NCBI GenBank assembly: GCA_028716565.1
Contig: JAQUPL010000004.1
Location: forward strand, 4,236 to 68,235
DNA length: 64,000 nt
DNA from: Candidatus Omnitrophota bacterium
GTDB taxonomy: Bacteria > Omnitrophota > Gorgyraeia > Pluralincolimonadales > Pluralincolimonadaceae
Direction of reading: 5' to 3'
In this document: piece after piece, positions 41,556 to 51,146 of the stretch
Layout of the letters: every line of letters begins with the position of its first letter
Numbering within the stretch: the stretch's first letter is position 1
Position numbers and translations under genes: made by a program
Notes under the pieces: model-generated
The model's input: only the letters and a program-made list of their open reading frames with translations
Databases searched by the model: none
Told to the model about the DNA's origin: nothing

Positions 41556-43991
41556 TCAACGTGAAATTGTATACTTACTTTCGAAATTACCGACGGAAAG
41601 GTCTTTACCGTCGGTGACGGCGAAGACCGCCCCTCCCTTTCCGGTCCTGAAGACCTCTATCCCCTTGGCGGAAAGGAGATCGGAGAGCTCTTTAGAACGG
41701 GCAACCTCCCCGGCAGCTCTCCCCTGGGAGATCACGGCGTAAGACGGCTTGACCCATTCGACAAAAGCCTCTTTCACGGCGTCCATCTTCTCGCCATGGT
41801 GGGGCAGCATCAATAAGTCTGCCTTAAGGAGCCGGGGCGAGGTGAACATGGCCTCGGATACGGCCTTTACCCCCATGTCGCCGCAAAACAGCATGACCGA
41901 ATCCCCGAATCCCATCCTCAGGGCAAGGGAGGCATCGTTTGCCGCGACTTTGGCATCCTTTACCCACACAACCGGAGGGCTGAAACACAGGATGCTGACG
42001 CCTTTCATCCCTTCTATCGAATCATAACGTTCCAAGATAAAACGTCTTAACCCCGGCAGGTTCTTCTCCGCCCGCCTGAAACGCCTGTAAGCATAAGTAT
42101 CGGATCCCGCCCCGTTGTCGAATAGATACCTCACCTTCATCCCTTCCAGGACCGAGGCGAGGCCTCCGACATGGTCGATGTCGGGATGGGTAAGGACTAC
42201 CGCGTCCAGAACCTGCACCCCTTTCTGCCTGAGGAAAGGCAAAACCGTTCCCCTGCCGGAATCCCGGTCCTCCCCGCTCCCGGTGCCGCCGTCTATCAAC
42301 ATATTGCCGCCGTAGGGAAACTCCACGAAGATTGAATCTCCGTGGCCCACATCCAGGAAAGTAACCCTGAACTTCCCGTCATTCGGCCGTAAAGCCCCGG
42401 CCCATATAATTACGTTAAGGACTGCCAGCGCCGCGGCCGAGAGTTTCAGCGGGGAGAGCTTAAGCCGTTCCCGTTCCGCGAACGCGACTACAAAAAGATA
42501 ATACAATGCTATCAAGAACAGCGGGGGCCTGGGAAGGTAGATATACGCGAACGGGAGCTTTGAGAAGAAACCGTTAGCGGCAAAAAGAGTCCCGCAGAAA
42601 AACCATACCGATGCCGCGAAGACCTTCGCCGCGGGCGGAAAGATAAGGCCGAAGACGAGGAAAGGGGCGCTGGCCATGGTTATCAAGAATGAGAGCGGCA
42701 CGGCGACCAGGTTCGCGGCGAGTGATACCGGCGTGATTATATTGAAATAATACAGGGTGAGCGGCATAACGCCTATCCACGCGGCGAGCGAGACGAAGAA
42801 AGCCTCGAGCGTATATCTTTTCCATTTTGCCAGGAATCGCGCGGCTATCTTCCGCTCGAAATTGAAAAACTTCTCGATCTTCGGGGTCAGATAAAGAAGC
42901 GAGATGACCGACGCGAACGAAAGCTGGAACCCTATGTCAAAAAGCACGCCGGGATCGCAGGAAAGTATGACCAATGCCGCCAACCCCAGGGAATTCGAAA
43001 GGGAATTCTCCCTTTCCAGCAGCAGGCCGAACAAAAGCGCTATGGACATTACCGTCGCCCTCACCACCGAAGGCGTGCCGTTAGTGAGAACGGCATAAAA
43101 AACGAGGAAGGCTATCGTGAGGATAATACCGGCCTTTTTCGGGATCCTGATGACGCTCAAAACGAGAAGGACGAGAAAAACGATTAGCCCCACATTGAGG
43201 CCGCTTATCGCTATAAGATGGACGGTGCCGGTCCGCATGAACGCGTCATTTAATCCGCTGCCCATGCCCTGCCTCAGGCCTAAGAGTATGGCATTCAGGA
43301 AATTCGCGCTCTCTCCGGGAAGGTTCCCGGAGATGAGGCCTTCTATTTTTCCCCTCGCCATATACGCGAGGCTTACGACCGGGTTGCCTTTCCCTTTTTC
43401 GCGGATGGAGGCATCCTGCGCTCTCGCGCTTAATATCGAGAATACGCGGTTGCGCGCGAGAAAGGCTGCGTAATCAAAATCCCCGGGATTCCCCGGTCCG
43501 GCTGGCCTTGAGAGCCTTCCCTTGACAAGGATCCTGTCGCCGTATGACGGCGTATTCGTTTCCGGCCGGCGCGGTTCCCCGGTCAGGTAGACCTTTATCC
43601 TGCCGGCGACTTCATATTTTATCCCCTGGTCCTCCAAACGCTCCGCTTCCAGGGTAAGGGTCACCTTCTTTCCGCCGTAGAAGGTCTCTCCGGAAACAGG
43701 ATCGTCTGCGACTATCCCTTCCGCGCAAACTTCCCTTGGTTCCGGCGCCGTGAAATTCTTGATATGATTTACCGGAAGCGCCTGCCTCGCCTGGAAAAGA
43801 ATGCAGCCGGTAAACAGCAACGCGGCCGATAAACATACGAGCGAAGTGGTATTTTTTCTTATCGTCACTGAAGAGGCTATAAGAAAAAATACCACGGCGG
43901 CAAACATAAATAAAAAGGGGACCCGGATAATATTGCTTATCCAGATCCCCAGAGATAAGAAAAATGCCGCCCAGGCTAAGGGTGATCTCAT
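41556..43991 (-). CDS. comEC: DNA internalization-related competence protein ComEC/Rec2 with C-terminal metallo-beta-lactamase domain
   Basis: 811 aa with a DUF4131-like N-terminus, a polytopic competence domain and a C-terminal MBL (HPDIDHVGG). Confidence 0.85.
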   Translation of the reverse strand: MRSPLAWAAFFLSLGIWISNIIRVPFLFMFAAVVFFLIASSVTIRKNTTSLVCLSAALLFTGCILFQARQALPVNHIKNFTAPEPREVCAEGIVADDPVSGETFYGGKKVTLTLEAERLEDQGIKYEVAGRIKVYLTGEPRRPETNTPSYGDRILVKGRLSRPAGPGNPGDFDYAAFLARNRVFSILSARAQDASIREKGKGNPVVSLAYMARGKIEGLISGNLPGESANFLNAILLGLRQGMGSGLNDAFMRTGTVHLIAISGLNVGLIVFLVLLVLSVIRIPKKAGIILTIAFLVFYAVLTNGTPSVVRATVMSIALLFGLLLERENSLSNSLGLAALVILSCDPGVLFDIGFQLSFASVISLLYLTPKIEKFFNFERKIAARFLAKWKRYTLEAFFVSLAAWIGVMPLTLYYFNIITPVSLAANLVAVPLSFLITMASAPFLVFGLIFPPAAKVFAASVWFFCGTLFAANGFFSKLPFAYIYLPRPPLFLIALYYLFVVAFAERERLKLSPLKLSAAALAVLNVIIWAGALRPNDGKFRVTFLDVGHGDSIFVEFPYGGNMLIDGGTGSGEDRDSGRGTVLPFLRQKGVQVLDAVVLTHPDIDHVGGLASVLEGMKVRYLFDNGAGSDTYAYRRFRRAEKNLPGLRRFILERYDSIEGMKGVSILCFSPPVVWVKDAKVAANDASLALRMGFGDSVMLFCGDMGVKAVSEAMFTSPRLLKADLLMLPHHGEKMDAVKEAFVEWVKPSYAVISQGRAAGEVARSKELSDLLSAKGIEVFRTGKGGAVFAVTDGKDLSVGNFESKYTISR

Positions 43992-44016
43992 CTATTGCTT
44001 ATTTGTAAAGAGCCTG

Positions 44017-45030
44017 TTACTTCCCCTGCTGTGCCGGCGCAGGCGCTGCCGGCATCGTCGATGCAGGTGTTGCCGGTGCTGCCGGGGCCGCGGGTGTCCC
44101 TGCCTGAGGTTGTGCCGCCTTTGGCTGGGGAGGTATCAAGACATCTTTATAGATCGTGACCTTATTCTTGTCCTTCAGGTCATTCAGTAGGGCCTCGAAG
44201 CGCTCCTTCTGCTTATCGGAGAGCAGCATCTGCTTCAGCTGGTCCTTTATATCATCATAAGCCATCAACTTCTCAGGCTGTTTCTCGGTCACTTTTATGA
44301 TGTGGTAACCGAATTGGGTCTTTACTACACCGCTTAACTGCCCGGGTTGGAGCGCGAACGCGGCCTGCTCGAATTCGGGGACGGTCATGCCTTTGCTCAA
44401 TAAACCGAGTTCCCCGCCCCTATCTTTGCTCGGGTCCTTCGATTTCTCTTTCGCGAGGGCCGCGAAATCGGCGCCTCCCTTGAGCTTAGCCAGGATATCC
44501 TTGGCCTCGGCCTCGTTGTCCACCAATATATGGGACACCGCTATCTTCTCGGGTTCCTTGAATTTATCCTTATTCGCTTCGTAGTATTTCTTCGCGTCTT
44601 CGTCCGTGACCGTGACCTTGTCCTCTATCTCTTTTTTCAGGTAGGCCTTTATCACCAACTCTTTCTTGAGGTCATCCAGCTGTTTTTTGACGGACGGATC
44701 TTTGTCGAAACCCAGTTTTGAGGCTTCGGAATAGAGCAATCTCTGGTTTACCATGCTGTCCAGCAGCATATCCTTATGCGCCTGCGCCACGGCCTGGTAC
44801 TGCTCGGGGACGGTCTTCATCATATCGTTCACGTCGTCGAGGGTTATCTTCTCGTTGCCTATCTCGGCTACGACCTTCCCGCTTTTAGCGGCCGAGGGAG
44901 CCGGCGCCTGGGCCTCGGCCTTGGAAGCCGCGGTCCCTCCTACCTCGGGCTTCTTCGCCGCATTGCAGCCCGCAAGCGCTATGGCGGTGAAGACAGCCGC
45001 CGATACAGCAACTATCCTTAATTTTAACAT
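44017..45030 (-). CDS. PrsA/SurA-like parvulin-type peptidyl-prolyl isomerase lipoprotein with Ala/Pro-rich C-terminal tail
   Basis: Lipobox LAGC (start at MLKLRIV) and a parvulin domain (VSHILVDNEAEAKDILAKLKGG ... FGYHIIKV). Low-complexity tail PQPKAAQPQAGTPAAPAAPATPAS. Confidence 0.75.
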   Translation of the reverse strand: MLKLRIVAVSAAVFTAIALAGCNAAKKPEVGGTAASKAEAQAPAPSAAKSGKVVAEIGNEKITLDDVNDMMKTVPEQYQAVAQAHKDMLLDSMVNQRLLYSEASKLGFDKDPSVKKQLDDLKKELVIKAYLKKEIEDKVTVTDEDAKKYYEANKDKFKEPEKIAVSHILVDNEAEAKDILAKLKGGADFAALAKEKSKDPSKDRGGELGLLSKGMTVPEFEQAAFALQPGQLSGVVKTQFGYHIIKVTEKQPEKLMAYDDIKDQLKQMLLSDKQKERFEALLNDLKDKNKVTIYKDVLIPPQPKAAQPQAGTPAAPAAPATPASTMPAAPAPAQQGK

Positions 45031-45104
45031 CGTGCTACTCCTTTCTATTATTTTTTTCGGTGGGGTCCGCAGAATAAGGCCATAATATATCACACCAAAC
45101 CGGC

Positions 45105-45455
45105 TTATTCAAGCACTATCAAATCCCTGATCCTGTCAAATTTATCCTGTCCGATCCCTTTGACCTTCCTAAGGTCTTCTTTCAGGAAGAAAAGGCCGTG
45201 TCCTGTCCGGTATTCCACTATCTCCTTCGCGAGTTTCGGCCCGATGCCGGGCAGCGTCTCTAGCCCTGAGACATCGGCGGTATTGATATTTACCGCGCTC
45301 TGGCTTTCTATGGTCTTTTTATAATCCGAGGAATGGATAACATGCAATTTTGGCCCCGCGAAATAGGTCCTATAAGCCAGGACCGCGAGCCCCAGGACGG
45401 CGAACGCGCTAAGGGCTATTATTACCTTCTTCTCCTGCACGGTGAGGTCAAACAA
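45105..45455 (-). CDS. comEA: competence protein ComEA (helix-hairpin-helix DNA-binding)
   Basis: N-terminal TM followed by VNINTADVSGLETLPGIGPKLAKEIVEYR (HhH). Confidence 0.85.
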   Translation of the reverse strand: MFDLTVQEKKVIIALSAFAVLGLAVLAYRTYFAGPKLHVIHSSDYKKTIESQSAVNINTADVSGLETLPGIGPKLAKEIVEYRTGHGLFFLKEDLRKVKGIGQDKFDRIRDLIVLE

Positions 45456-47841
45456 CGATGCTTACCAGCCTCTTTGGGACGATGACGATGTTCTTCGCGG
45501 GCTTGTCCCCGAGCCACGGTTTTACTTTTTCGTCGGCAAGGACAAGTTCTTTGAGTTTCTCGTCGGCAATATCAGCGGGCACCTCGATCTTGGAGCGGAC
45601 CTTGCCGTTTACCTGTATGACTATCGTGATATTCTCTTCAACGAGCATCTTCGGGTCGAACTTAGGCCAGCCGGCTTTTAAAATGCTTCCTTTATTGCCG
45701 AGGACCTGCCATAACTCCTCACAGAAATGCGGGGCTATCGGCGAAAGCATCAGCACGAGCGCCGAGAAGACTTCTTTATCGGCGCCGGACTGGTAAATCG
45801 CGTTCACCAGCTCCATCATGCCGGCAATCGCCGTGTTGAATTTGAATTCGTTTATATCTTCGGTGACCTTCTTTATCGTCTTGTGGGTCAGCTTTATGAG
45901 TTCCGGGCCGGCCTTATCTTTCAGGTTCTCATTGATGCGCCAGACCCGGTTCAGGAACCTGAACGCGCCTTCGGTGCCGCGCTCTTCCCATTCGAGTTCC
46001 GTATCGGGTGGTGCGGCAAAAAGTATGAATAACCGCATTGTATCCGCGCCATATTTCGCGATTATCTCATCGGGATCGACGATATTTCCGCGCGACTTCG
46101 ACATCACCTCGCCGTCCTTTAAGACCATGCCCTGCGTCAGCAGCTTTTGGAAAGGTTCGCCGAAACCAAGGAGGCCGAGATCCTGGAGAAACTTCGTGAA
46201 GAACCTCGAATATAAAAGATGCAATACCGCGTGTTCTATCCCGCCGATATACTGGTCGACCGGCATCCAGTAATTAACGTCTTCCTTATCGAACGGCCCT
46301 TTATCGTACTTCGGGGAGCAAAATCTCAAGAAGTACCACGACGAATCGATGAATGTCGCCATCGTGTCGGTCTCGCGGCGCACTTTGCCTCCGCACTTCG
46401 GGCATTTCGCGTCGGTAAATTCTTTGACCGAGGCCAGCGGGCTCCCGCCTTTGCCTGTGAACTCGACTTTTTTCGGAAGGACTACCGGAAGGTCTTTTTC
46501 GGGCACTGGGACTACCCCGCATTTCTCGCAATATACGACCGGTATCGGCGTCCCCCAATAACGCTGGCGCGAGATAAGCCAATCGCGGAGCCGCCAGTTG
46601 ACCGTGCGCTTGCCGATACTCGTCTTCTCCATCCATTCGGCGATCTTTTTCTTCGCCTCATTATTGGGAAGCCCGTCGAACTGCGCCGAGTTCACCTGCA
46701 CGCCGTCATTCTCATACGCCTCGGCCATCTTATCTACCGAAAGGGCCTCATCTTTAGGTTGGATGACGACGCGCATCGGAAGTTCGTGCTCTTTCGCGAA
46801 GAGGAAATCGCGCTGGTCGTGTGTCGGGACGGCCATGATCGCGCCGGTCCCGTATTCCATCAGGACGTAATCGGCGACCCATATCTGGACCGGTTCATTA
46901 TTGACCGGGTTAACGGCATACGCGCCTGTAAAAATACCCTCTTTCTTGACGTCCGCGGCCACGCGGACGACTTTGCTTTCCTTCGAGACCTTATCTATAA
47001 ATTGCAGTACCTGTTTCTCCTGCGGCTTGCCTTTTATGAGCTTTTTGACGAGCGGATGTTCAGGCGCGAGCACGACATAGGTGCATCCGAATATGGTATC
47101 CTGGCGGGTCGTAAATACGGGTATCACTTCGCCGGTCCCTTTTTCTTTGAAGAATATCTCGACCCCCTCGCTCTTCCCGATCCAGTTCTTCTGCATCGTG
47201 ATTACGCGTTCGGGCCAGGACTTCAATCCCTCGAGGTCGCCGAGCAGCCTCTCCTTATAAGCGGTGATCTTGATGAACCACTGCTCGAGGTCTTCCTGCT
47301 TTACTTCTTTCTTGCACCGCCAGCATTTCCCGTCTATGACCTCCTCGTTGGCGAGCGTCGTCTCGCAATCCGGGCACCAGTTGACGACGGCGGCCTTCTT
47401 GTAGGCCAGGCCTTTCTCGAACATCTTCAGGAATATCCACTGGTTCCAGCGGTAATAATCCGGAAGGCACGTCGAGACTTCCCTGTCCCAGTCGTATGAG
47501 AGGCCCATCCTCTTGAGTTGCTTCCTCATATTGTCTATACAACTCAACGTCCAGGTCTCGGGATGGCTTTTGTTTTTTATCGCGGCGTTCTCTGCCGGCT
47601 GGCCGAACGCGTCGTAGCCCATGGGGTGCAGGACGTTATATCCCTGCATTATCTTGACGCGGGCGGCTACGTCGCCTATCGTGTAATTGCGGACATGGCC
47701 CATGTGGATGCGGCCCGACGGGTACGGGAACATCTCGAGGAGGTAATATTTTTTCCTGGCGGGATCGGCCTTTACTTTGAAAGCGCCGCTCTTCTCCCAC
47801 TCTTTTTGCCATTTCTCTTCTATTGCCTTGAAATCGTACAT
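45448..47841 (-). CDS. leuS: leucine--tRNA ligase
   Basis: 797 aa with a HMGH motif (PYPSGRIHMGHVRNY) and KMSKS (VMSKSRGN). Confidence 0.97.
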   Translation of the reverse strand: MYDFKAIEEKWQKEWEKSGAFKVKADPARKKYYLLEMFPYPSGRIHMGHVRNYTIGDVAARVKIMQGYNVLHPMGYDAFGQPAENAAIKNKSHPETWTLSCIDNMRKQLKRMGLSYDWDREVSTCLPDYYRWNQWIFLKMFEKGLAYKKAAVVNWCPDCETTLANEEVIDGKCWRCKKEVKQEDLEQWFIKITAYKERLLGDLEGLKSWPERVITMQKNWIGKSEGVEIFFKEKGTGEVIPVFTTRQDTIFGCTYVVLAPEHPLVKKLIKGKPQEKQVLQFIDKVSKESKVVRVAADVKKEGIFTGAYAVNPVNNEPVQIWVADYVLMEYGTGAIMAVPTHDQRDFLFAKEHELPMRVVIQPKDEALSVDKMAEAYENDGVQVNSAQFDGLPNNEAKKKIAEWMEKTSIGKRTVNWRLRDWLISRQRYWGTPIPVVYCEKCGVVPVPEKDLPVVLPKKVEFTGKGGSPLASVKEFTDAKCPKCGGKVRRETDTMATFIDSSWYFLRFCSPKYDKGPFDKEDVNYWMPVDQYIGGIEHAVLHLLYSRFFTKFLQDLGLLGFGEPFQKLLTQGMVLKDGEVMSKSRGNIVDPDEIIAKYGADTMRLFILFAAPPDTELEWEERGTEGAFRFLNRVWRINENLKDKAGPELIKLTHKTIKKVTEDINEFKFNTAIAGMMELVNAIYQSGADKEVFSALVLMLSPIAPHFCEELWQVLGNKGSILKAGWPKFDPKMLVEENITIVIQVNGKVRSKIEVPADIADEKLKELVLADEKVKPWLGDKPAKNIVIVPKRLVSIVV

Positions 47842-48690
47842 CTAATCCTTTCTCATCTTCCTGGCGGCCGCGAGGTTCTTCTTGTCCGCGTCCTCGGTCT
47901 CTTTCGGCGTCTCGAGTATAAAGGCGCAATCCTTCAGCTTCGGATGGTTTATTATGCGCCTCATGCCGTCGGCGCCGATCTTTCCCTTGCCGATATGCCA
48001 GTGCCTGTCGTTGTGCGAACCCATTTCGCTAAGGGAATCGTTAAAGTGTACGACCTTTATCTTACCAAGTCCTACGGTGGAATCAATCTTTTTTAAGGTC
48101 GCCTCGAGCCCTTCCTTCGTGCTGTCGTCGAAACCCGCCTCGAACGTATGCGCGGTATCGAGGCACATCCCTGCATCGACCCCGGTCCCGGCCTTGACGT
48201 TTTTCAATATCTCGGAGATATCTTCGAACTTCGAGCCGATCGAATCGCCGCCGCCGGCCGTATTCTCCAGGAGTATCATGAGCCTGGGCTTCGCTTTTGT
48301 TACCGCCTCGGTTATCCCTTTCGAGAACCGGTCTACGCCGTAATCCCGGCCTTTCTCCTTCGGGCTCCCGAGATGCGTGACGAAATAATCCGCCCCGAGC
48401 GTATCGGCGCGTTTTATATCCTCTATATAAGCGTCGACCGATCTTCTCCAGAGCGCGTCATCGCCCGAGCAGAGATTTATAAGGTAAGGGATGTGGACTA
48501 CGACCGGGGATATCTTCTTTTCCTTGCGGCGCTTCTTGAATTCCTCTACGTCGGCAGGCACAAGGGCGAGCGCTTCCCAGCCGCGCGGGTTGCGGCTGAA
48601 CATCTGGAACGTGTTGCAGCCGAGCGAGGCTGCCCTGTCGACCGCCTCATAGATATGCCCTGCTATGGATACGTGGACGCCGAGTTTCAT
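47842..48690 (-). CDS. nfo: deoxyribonuclease IV (endonuclease IV)
   Basis: 282 aa TIM-barrel AP endonuclease (MKLGVHVSIAG, HxxYLINL). Confidence 0.9.
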   Translation of the reverse strand: MKLGVHVSIAGHIYEAVDRAASLGCNTFQMFSRNPRGWEALALVPADVEEFKKRRKEKKISPVVVHIPYLINLCSGDDALWRRSVDAYIEDIKRADTLGADYFVTHLGSPKEKGRDYGVDRFSKGITEAVTKAKPRLMILLENTAGGGDSIGSKFEDISEILKNVKAGTGVDAGMCLDTAHTFEAGFDDSTKEGLEATLKKIDSTVGLGKIKVVHFNDSLSEMGSHNDRHWHIGKGKIGADGMRRIINHPKLKDCAFILETPKETEDADKKNLAAARKMRKD

Positions 48691-49145
48691 TTTTTCACCA
48701 GGTAATTCAACAATATCACCAGTAAGGCAAATACGGCAAAAGCGAGTATCAGGAGCGTTACTTTGTTCGGCCTTTCGTCGTCAGTCTGGCTTTGGTAGAA
48801 GATCGCCTTTGGCGCCGATGGAACGGCCTCGGCATCTATTATATCTTTAAGAAGGGCTGTTGCTTCTTCTGCCTCGTCTTCCTTCACAAGAAAATCTATA
48901 TAAATTTTCTGCGATTCCCAGTCGCCGCGGGTGACATACGGTATCTTGTTTATGTCCAGCCTGCGCCTTACCTCTTCGGCTTCGCCCCTTCCGTCGGCGA
49001 CGAATATGGTCACATATTTCGAATCCCATATATCGGCCTCTTTCGGCACGACCGCGCCCCCGCAGTCAGGACAGACGTCGAAAGAGAGCCGGAAACTCTC
49101 GAACGCGCCGAATTCCCTTTTGCACTCGGAGCAGATCTTGGTCAT
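48687..49145 (-). CDS. hypothetical zinc-ribbon / DUF2007-like protein with C-terminal TM anchor
   Basis: N-terminal CxxC...CxxC (CSECK...CPDCGG), then a small putative signal-transducing-like domain, then a C-terminal hydrophobic helix. Confidence 0.45.
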   Translation of the reverse strand: MTKICSECKREFGAFESFRLSFDVCPDCGGAVVPKEADIWDSKYVTIFVADGRGEAEEVRRRLDINKIPYVTRGDWESQKIYIDFLVKEDEAEEATALLKDIIDAEAVPSAPKAIFYQSQTDDERPNKVTLLILAFAVFALLVILLNYLVKK

Positions 49146-49172
49146 TTTACCCTTAGGTTATTTCAAAAAAAA

Positions 49173-49248
49173 TGGTGGAGCTGAGGGGGATCGAACCCCT
49201 TACCTCCTGCATGCCATGCAGGCGCTCTCCCGGGTGAGCTACAGCCCC
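49173..49248 (-). tRNA. tRNA-Ala (anticodon GGC)
   Basis: Reverse complement GGGGCTGTAGCTCA...CTGCATGGCATGCAGG...GGTTCGATCCCCCTCAGCTCCACCA. Carries the G3:U70 identity pair and a cloverleaf with anticodon GGC. Nearly identical to enterobacterial tRNA-Ala(GGC). Confidence 0.9.
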
Positions 49249-49344
49249 ACGCATAGATTCCCTCTTGGATAGGGTTAAAATAATATCACTTAAGCGCCCC
49301 GCCGTCAACCCTTCTTTAAGGCTTGTCCTGAGCTAATCGAAGGA

Positions 49345-49373
49345 TTGACATTACCCTGCCGTGATGGTATATT
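49345..49373 (+). promoter_or_regulatory. putative sigma70 promoter of the nfeD-SPFH operon (-35 TTGACA, 17 nt, -10 TATATT)
   Basis: Consensus -35 at 49345-49350, a 17-nt spacer and TATATT at 49368-49373. RBS GGAGG at 49391 and ATG at 49401. Confidence 0.5.
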
Positions 49374-49400
49374 CCTACATACCTAACCGTGGAGGCGGAA

Positions 49401-50099
49401 ATGAAAAGGAAATTGCTTTCAGCCGCGCTCTTTTTGTCTTTTGCGCTGGCGGCAGCCCCGCTTTTCGCACAGGCAGAAGGCGCAAGTACCCTTAAAGGGC
49501 TTTTGGACGGGCTAAAAGACCCAAATATTGTCTACCTCCTCCTTATCATAGGGTTCTACGGGATAATTTTCGAGATAGCGACGCCCGGCGTTTCGGTTGG
49601 GGGCGTCATAGGCGTCACAGGCCTTGCCCTCGCTTTTATGGGGATGGGCGGGCTCCCGGTAAATTATACCGGCCTGATCCTTATGCTGCTCAGCTTTGTG
49701 CTGTTCGTGCTCGACGTCAAGGCGCCGACGCACGGTATATTGACCGTCGCCGGCATACTGGCGCTGACTTTCGGTTCGCTCATACTTTTTAAGACCGACC
49801 CGCAGTTCGCGAAACTATCGAAAGCGCTTATAGCGGCAATGGTCATAAGCACGACCGGGCTTATGGCATTCGTGCTGCCGTTGATCCTTAAAGCTCAAAA
49901 ACGCAAGGCCTCCTCGGGCACCGAGAGCCTCGCGGATAACATAGGCGAAGCGAAGACGGACCTCGTCCCTAAAGGGATAGTGCACATAAAAGGCGAGGAT
50001 TGGTACGCGGAATCCCTGGAAGGGACTATAAAAAGCGGCGAAAAGGTCAAAGTGAAGTTTGTCGAAGGGTTAATCGTTAAAGTTGAGAAAGCGAGGTAA
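49401..50099 (+). CDS. NfeD-family membrane protein (stomatin operon partner)
   Basis: Signal/TM segments plus a C-terminal OB-fold (GIVHIKGEDWYAES...KVKVKFVEGLIVKVE). Immediately upstream of the SPFH gene. Confidence 0.75.
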   Translation: MKRKLLSAALFLSFALAAAPLFAQAEGASTLKGLLDGLKDPNIVYLLLIIGFYGIIFEIATPGVSVGGVIGVTGLALAFMGMGGLPVNYTGLILMLLSFVLFVLDVKAPTHGILTVAGILALTFGSLILFKTDPQFAKLSKALIAAMVISTTGLMAFVLPLILKAQKRKASSGTESLADNIGEAKTDLVPKGIVHIKGEDWYAESLEGTIKSGEKVKVKFVEGLIVKVEKAR

Positions 50100-50102
50100 A
50101 AG

Positions 50103-50966
50103 ATGGCTACCGGCGGAATGATCATTTTCTTTTTACTGATTGTCGGTTTTATAATACTTTCGAATTCGATAAAGATAGTCAGGGAATACAAGCGCCTTGT
50201 GGTGTTCCGGCTCGGACGTTCGATCGGCCAGAAGGGCCCGGGTATAATATTTCTTATCCCGATCCTCGACCAGGCCACGAATGTGGACCTAAGAGAGCTC
50301 TTCCTCGAGATTCCACAGCAGACATGTATCACCAAGGATAATGCGCCGATATCTATCGACTTCCTTATCTACTGGAAGGTCGTCGATCCGGAGCGCACCG
50401 TCGTGCAGGTCGGCAATTTCGCCGCCGCGTCACAGGGCATCGCGACCACGACCTTAAGGGCTGTGGTAGGCGACCTCGGCCTCGACGAAGTTTTGTCCAA
50501 GCGCGAGCAGATAAACCAAGTCCTGCGCCAGAAGCTCGATGAAGTCACCGAGCGCTGGGGCGTAAAAGTCACCACCGTCGAGATACGCGAGATCATGCCG
50601 CCCAAGGATGTTTCCGACGCCATGATCAGGCAGATGTCGGCGGAAAGAACGCGCCGTGCTGTAGTCACGGAGGCTGAAGGTACAAAGTCAGCGGCTATAA
50701 CCGTTGCCGAAGGCCAGAAACAGTCGGAGATACTTAAGGCCGAGGGTGACAGGCAGGCGGCAATATTGAGGGCGGAAGGTTTTTCTTTGGCGCTGGATAA
50801 GATATTCTCGGTCGCCAAGAACGTCGACTCGAAGACGCTTTCGCTCCAGTATCTTGAGACGTTAAAGGCTCTGGGCCAGAGCCCGGCGACAAAATATATA
50901 TTCCCGATGGAATTTATGAACCTCCTTGAGCCGTTCGTCAAGAACACCAAGGAAGCGATGAAATAA
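50103..50966 (+). CDS. SPFH/band-7 (stomatin-like) protein
   Basis: N-terminal TM and an SPFH domain (VREYKRLVVFRLGR ... IDFLIYWKVVDP). Followed by a coiled-coil Ala/Glu-rich region. Confidence 0.85.
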   Translation: MATGGMIIFFLLIVGFIILSNSIKIVREYKRLVVFRLGRSIGQKGPGIIFLIPILDQATNVDLRELFLEIPQQTCITKDNAPISIDFLIYWKVVDPERTVVQVGNFAAASQGIATTTLRAVVGDLGLDEVLSKREQINQVLRQKLDEVTERWGVKVTTVEIREIMPPKDVSDAMIRQMSAERTRRAVVTEAEGTKSAAITVAEGQKQSEILKAEGDRQAAILRAEGFSLALDKIFSVAKNVDSKTLSLQYLETLKALGQSPATKYIFPMEFMNLLEPFVKNTKEAMK

Positions 50967-50998
50967 TCCTTTAACCGGGATCGGCCCGCCTCTGTCGT

Positions 50999-51085
50999 GC
51001 CGGGGTGTTGGAACTGGCATACAAGTCAGTCTCAAAAACTGATGTCCGTAAGGGCATGAGGGTTCAACTCCCTCCCCCGGCACCA
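50999..51085 (+). tRNA. tRNA-Leu (anticodon CAA), type II with long variable arm
   Basis: Acceptor GCCGGGG/CCCCGGC. Anticodon stem TCAGT/ACTGA with loop CTCAAAA. Variable arm GTCC-GTAA-GGGC. T-arm GAGGG-TTCAACT-CCCTC. Discriminator A and an encoded CCA. Confidence 0.8.
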
Positions 51086-51095
51086 TAAAAAATTT

Positions 51096-51145
51096 GGTGA
51101 CAGTATACTTAATTATTGGGAGATAAGTATACTGTCACCATTTTT
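51096..51145. terminator. bidirectional intrinsic terminator hairpin (16-bp perfect stem, 12-nt loop) flanked by T/A tracts
   Basis: GGTGACAGTATACTTA-attattgggaga-TAAGTATACTGTCACC followed by ATTTTTATT. It lies between tRNA-Leu (+) and the convergent permease gene (-), with an upstream A-tract on the other strand. Confidence 0.75.
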
Positions 51146-51146
51146 A

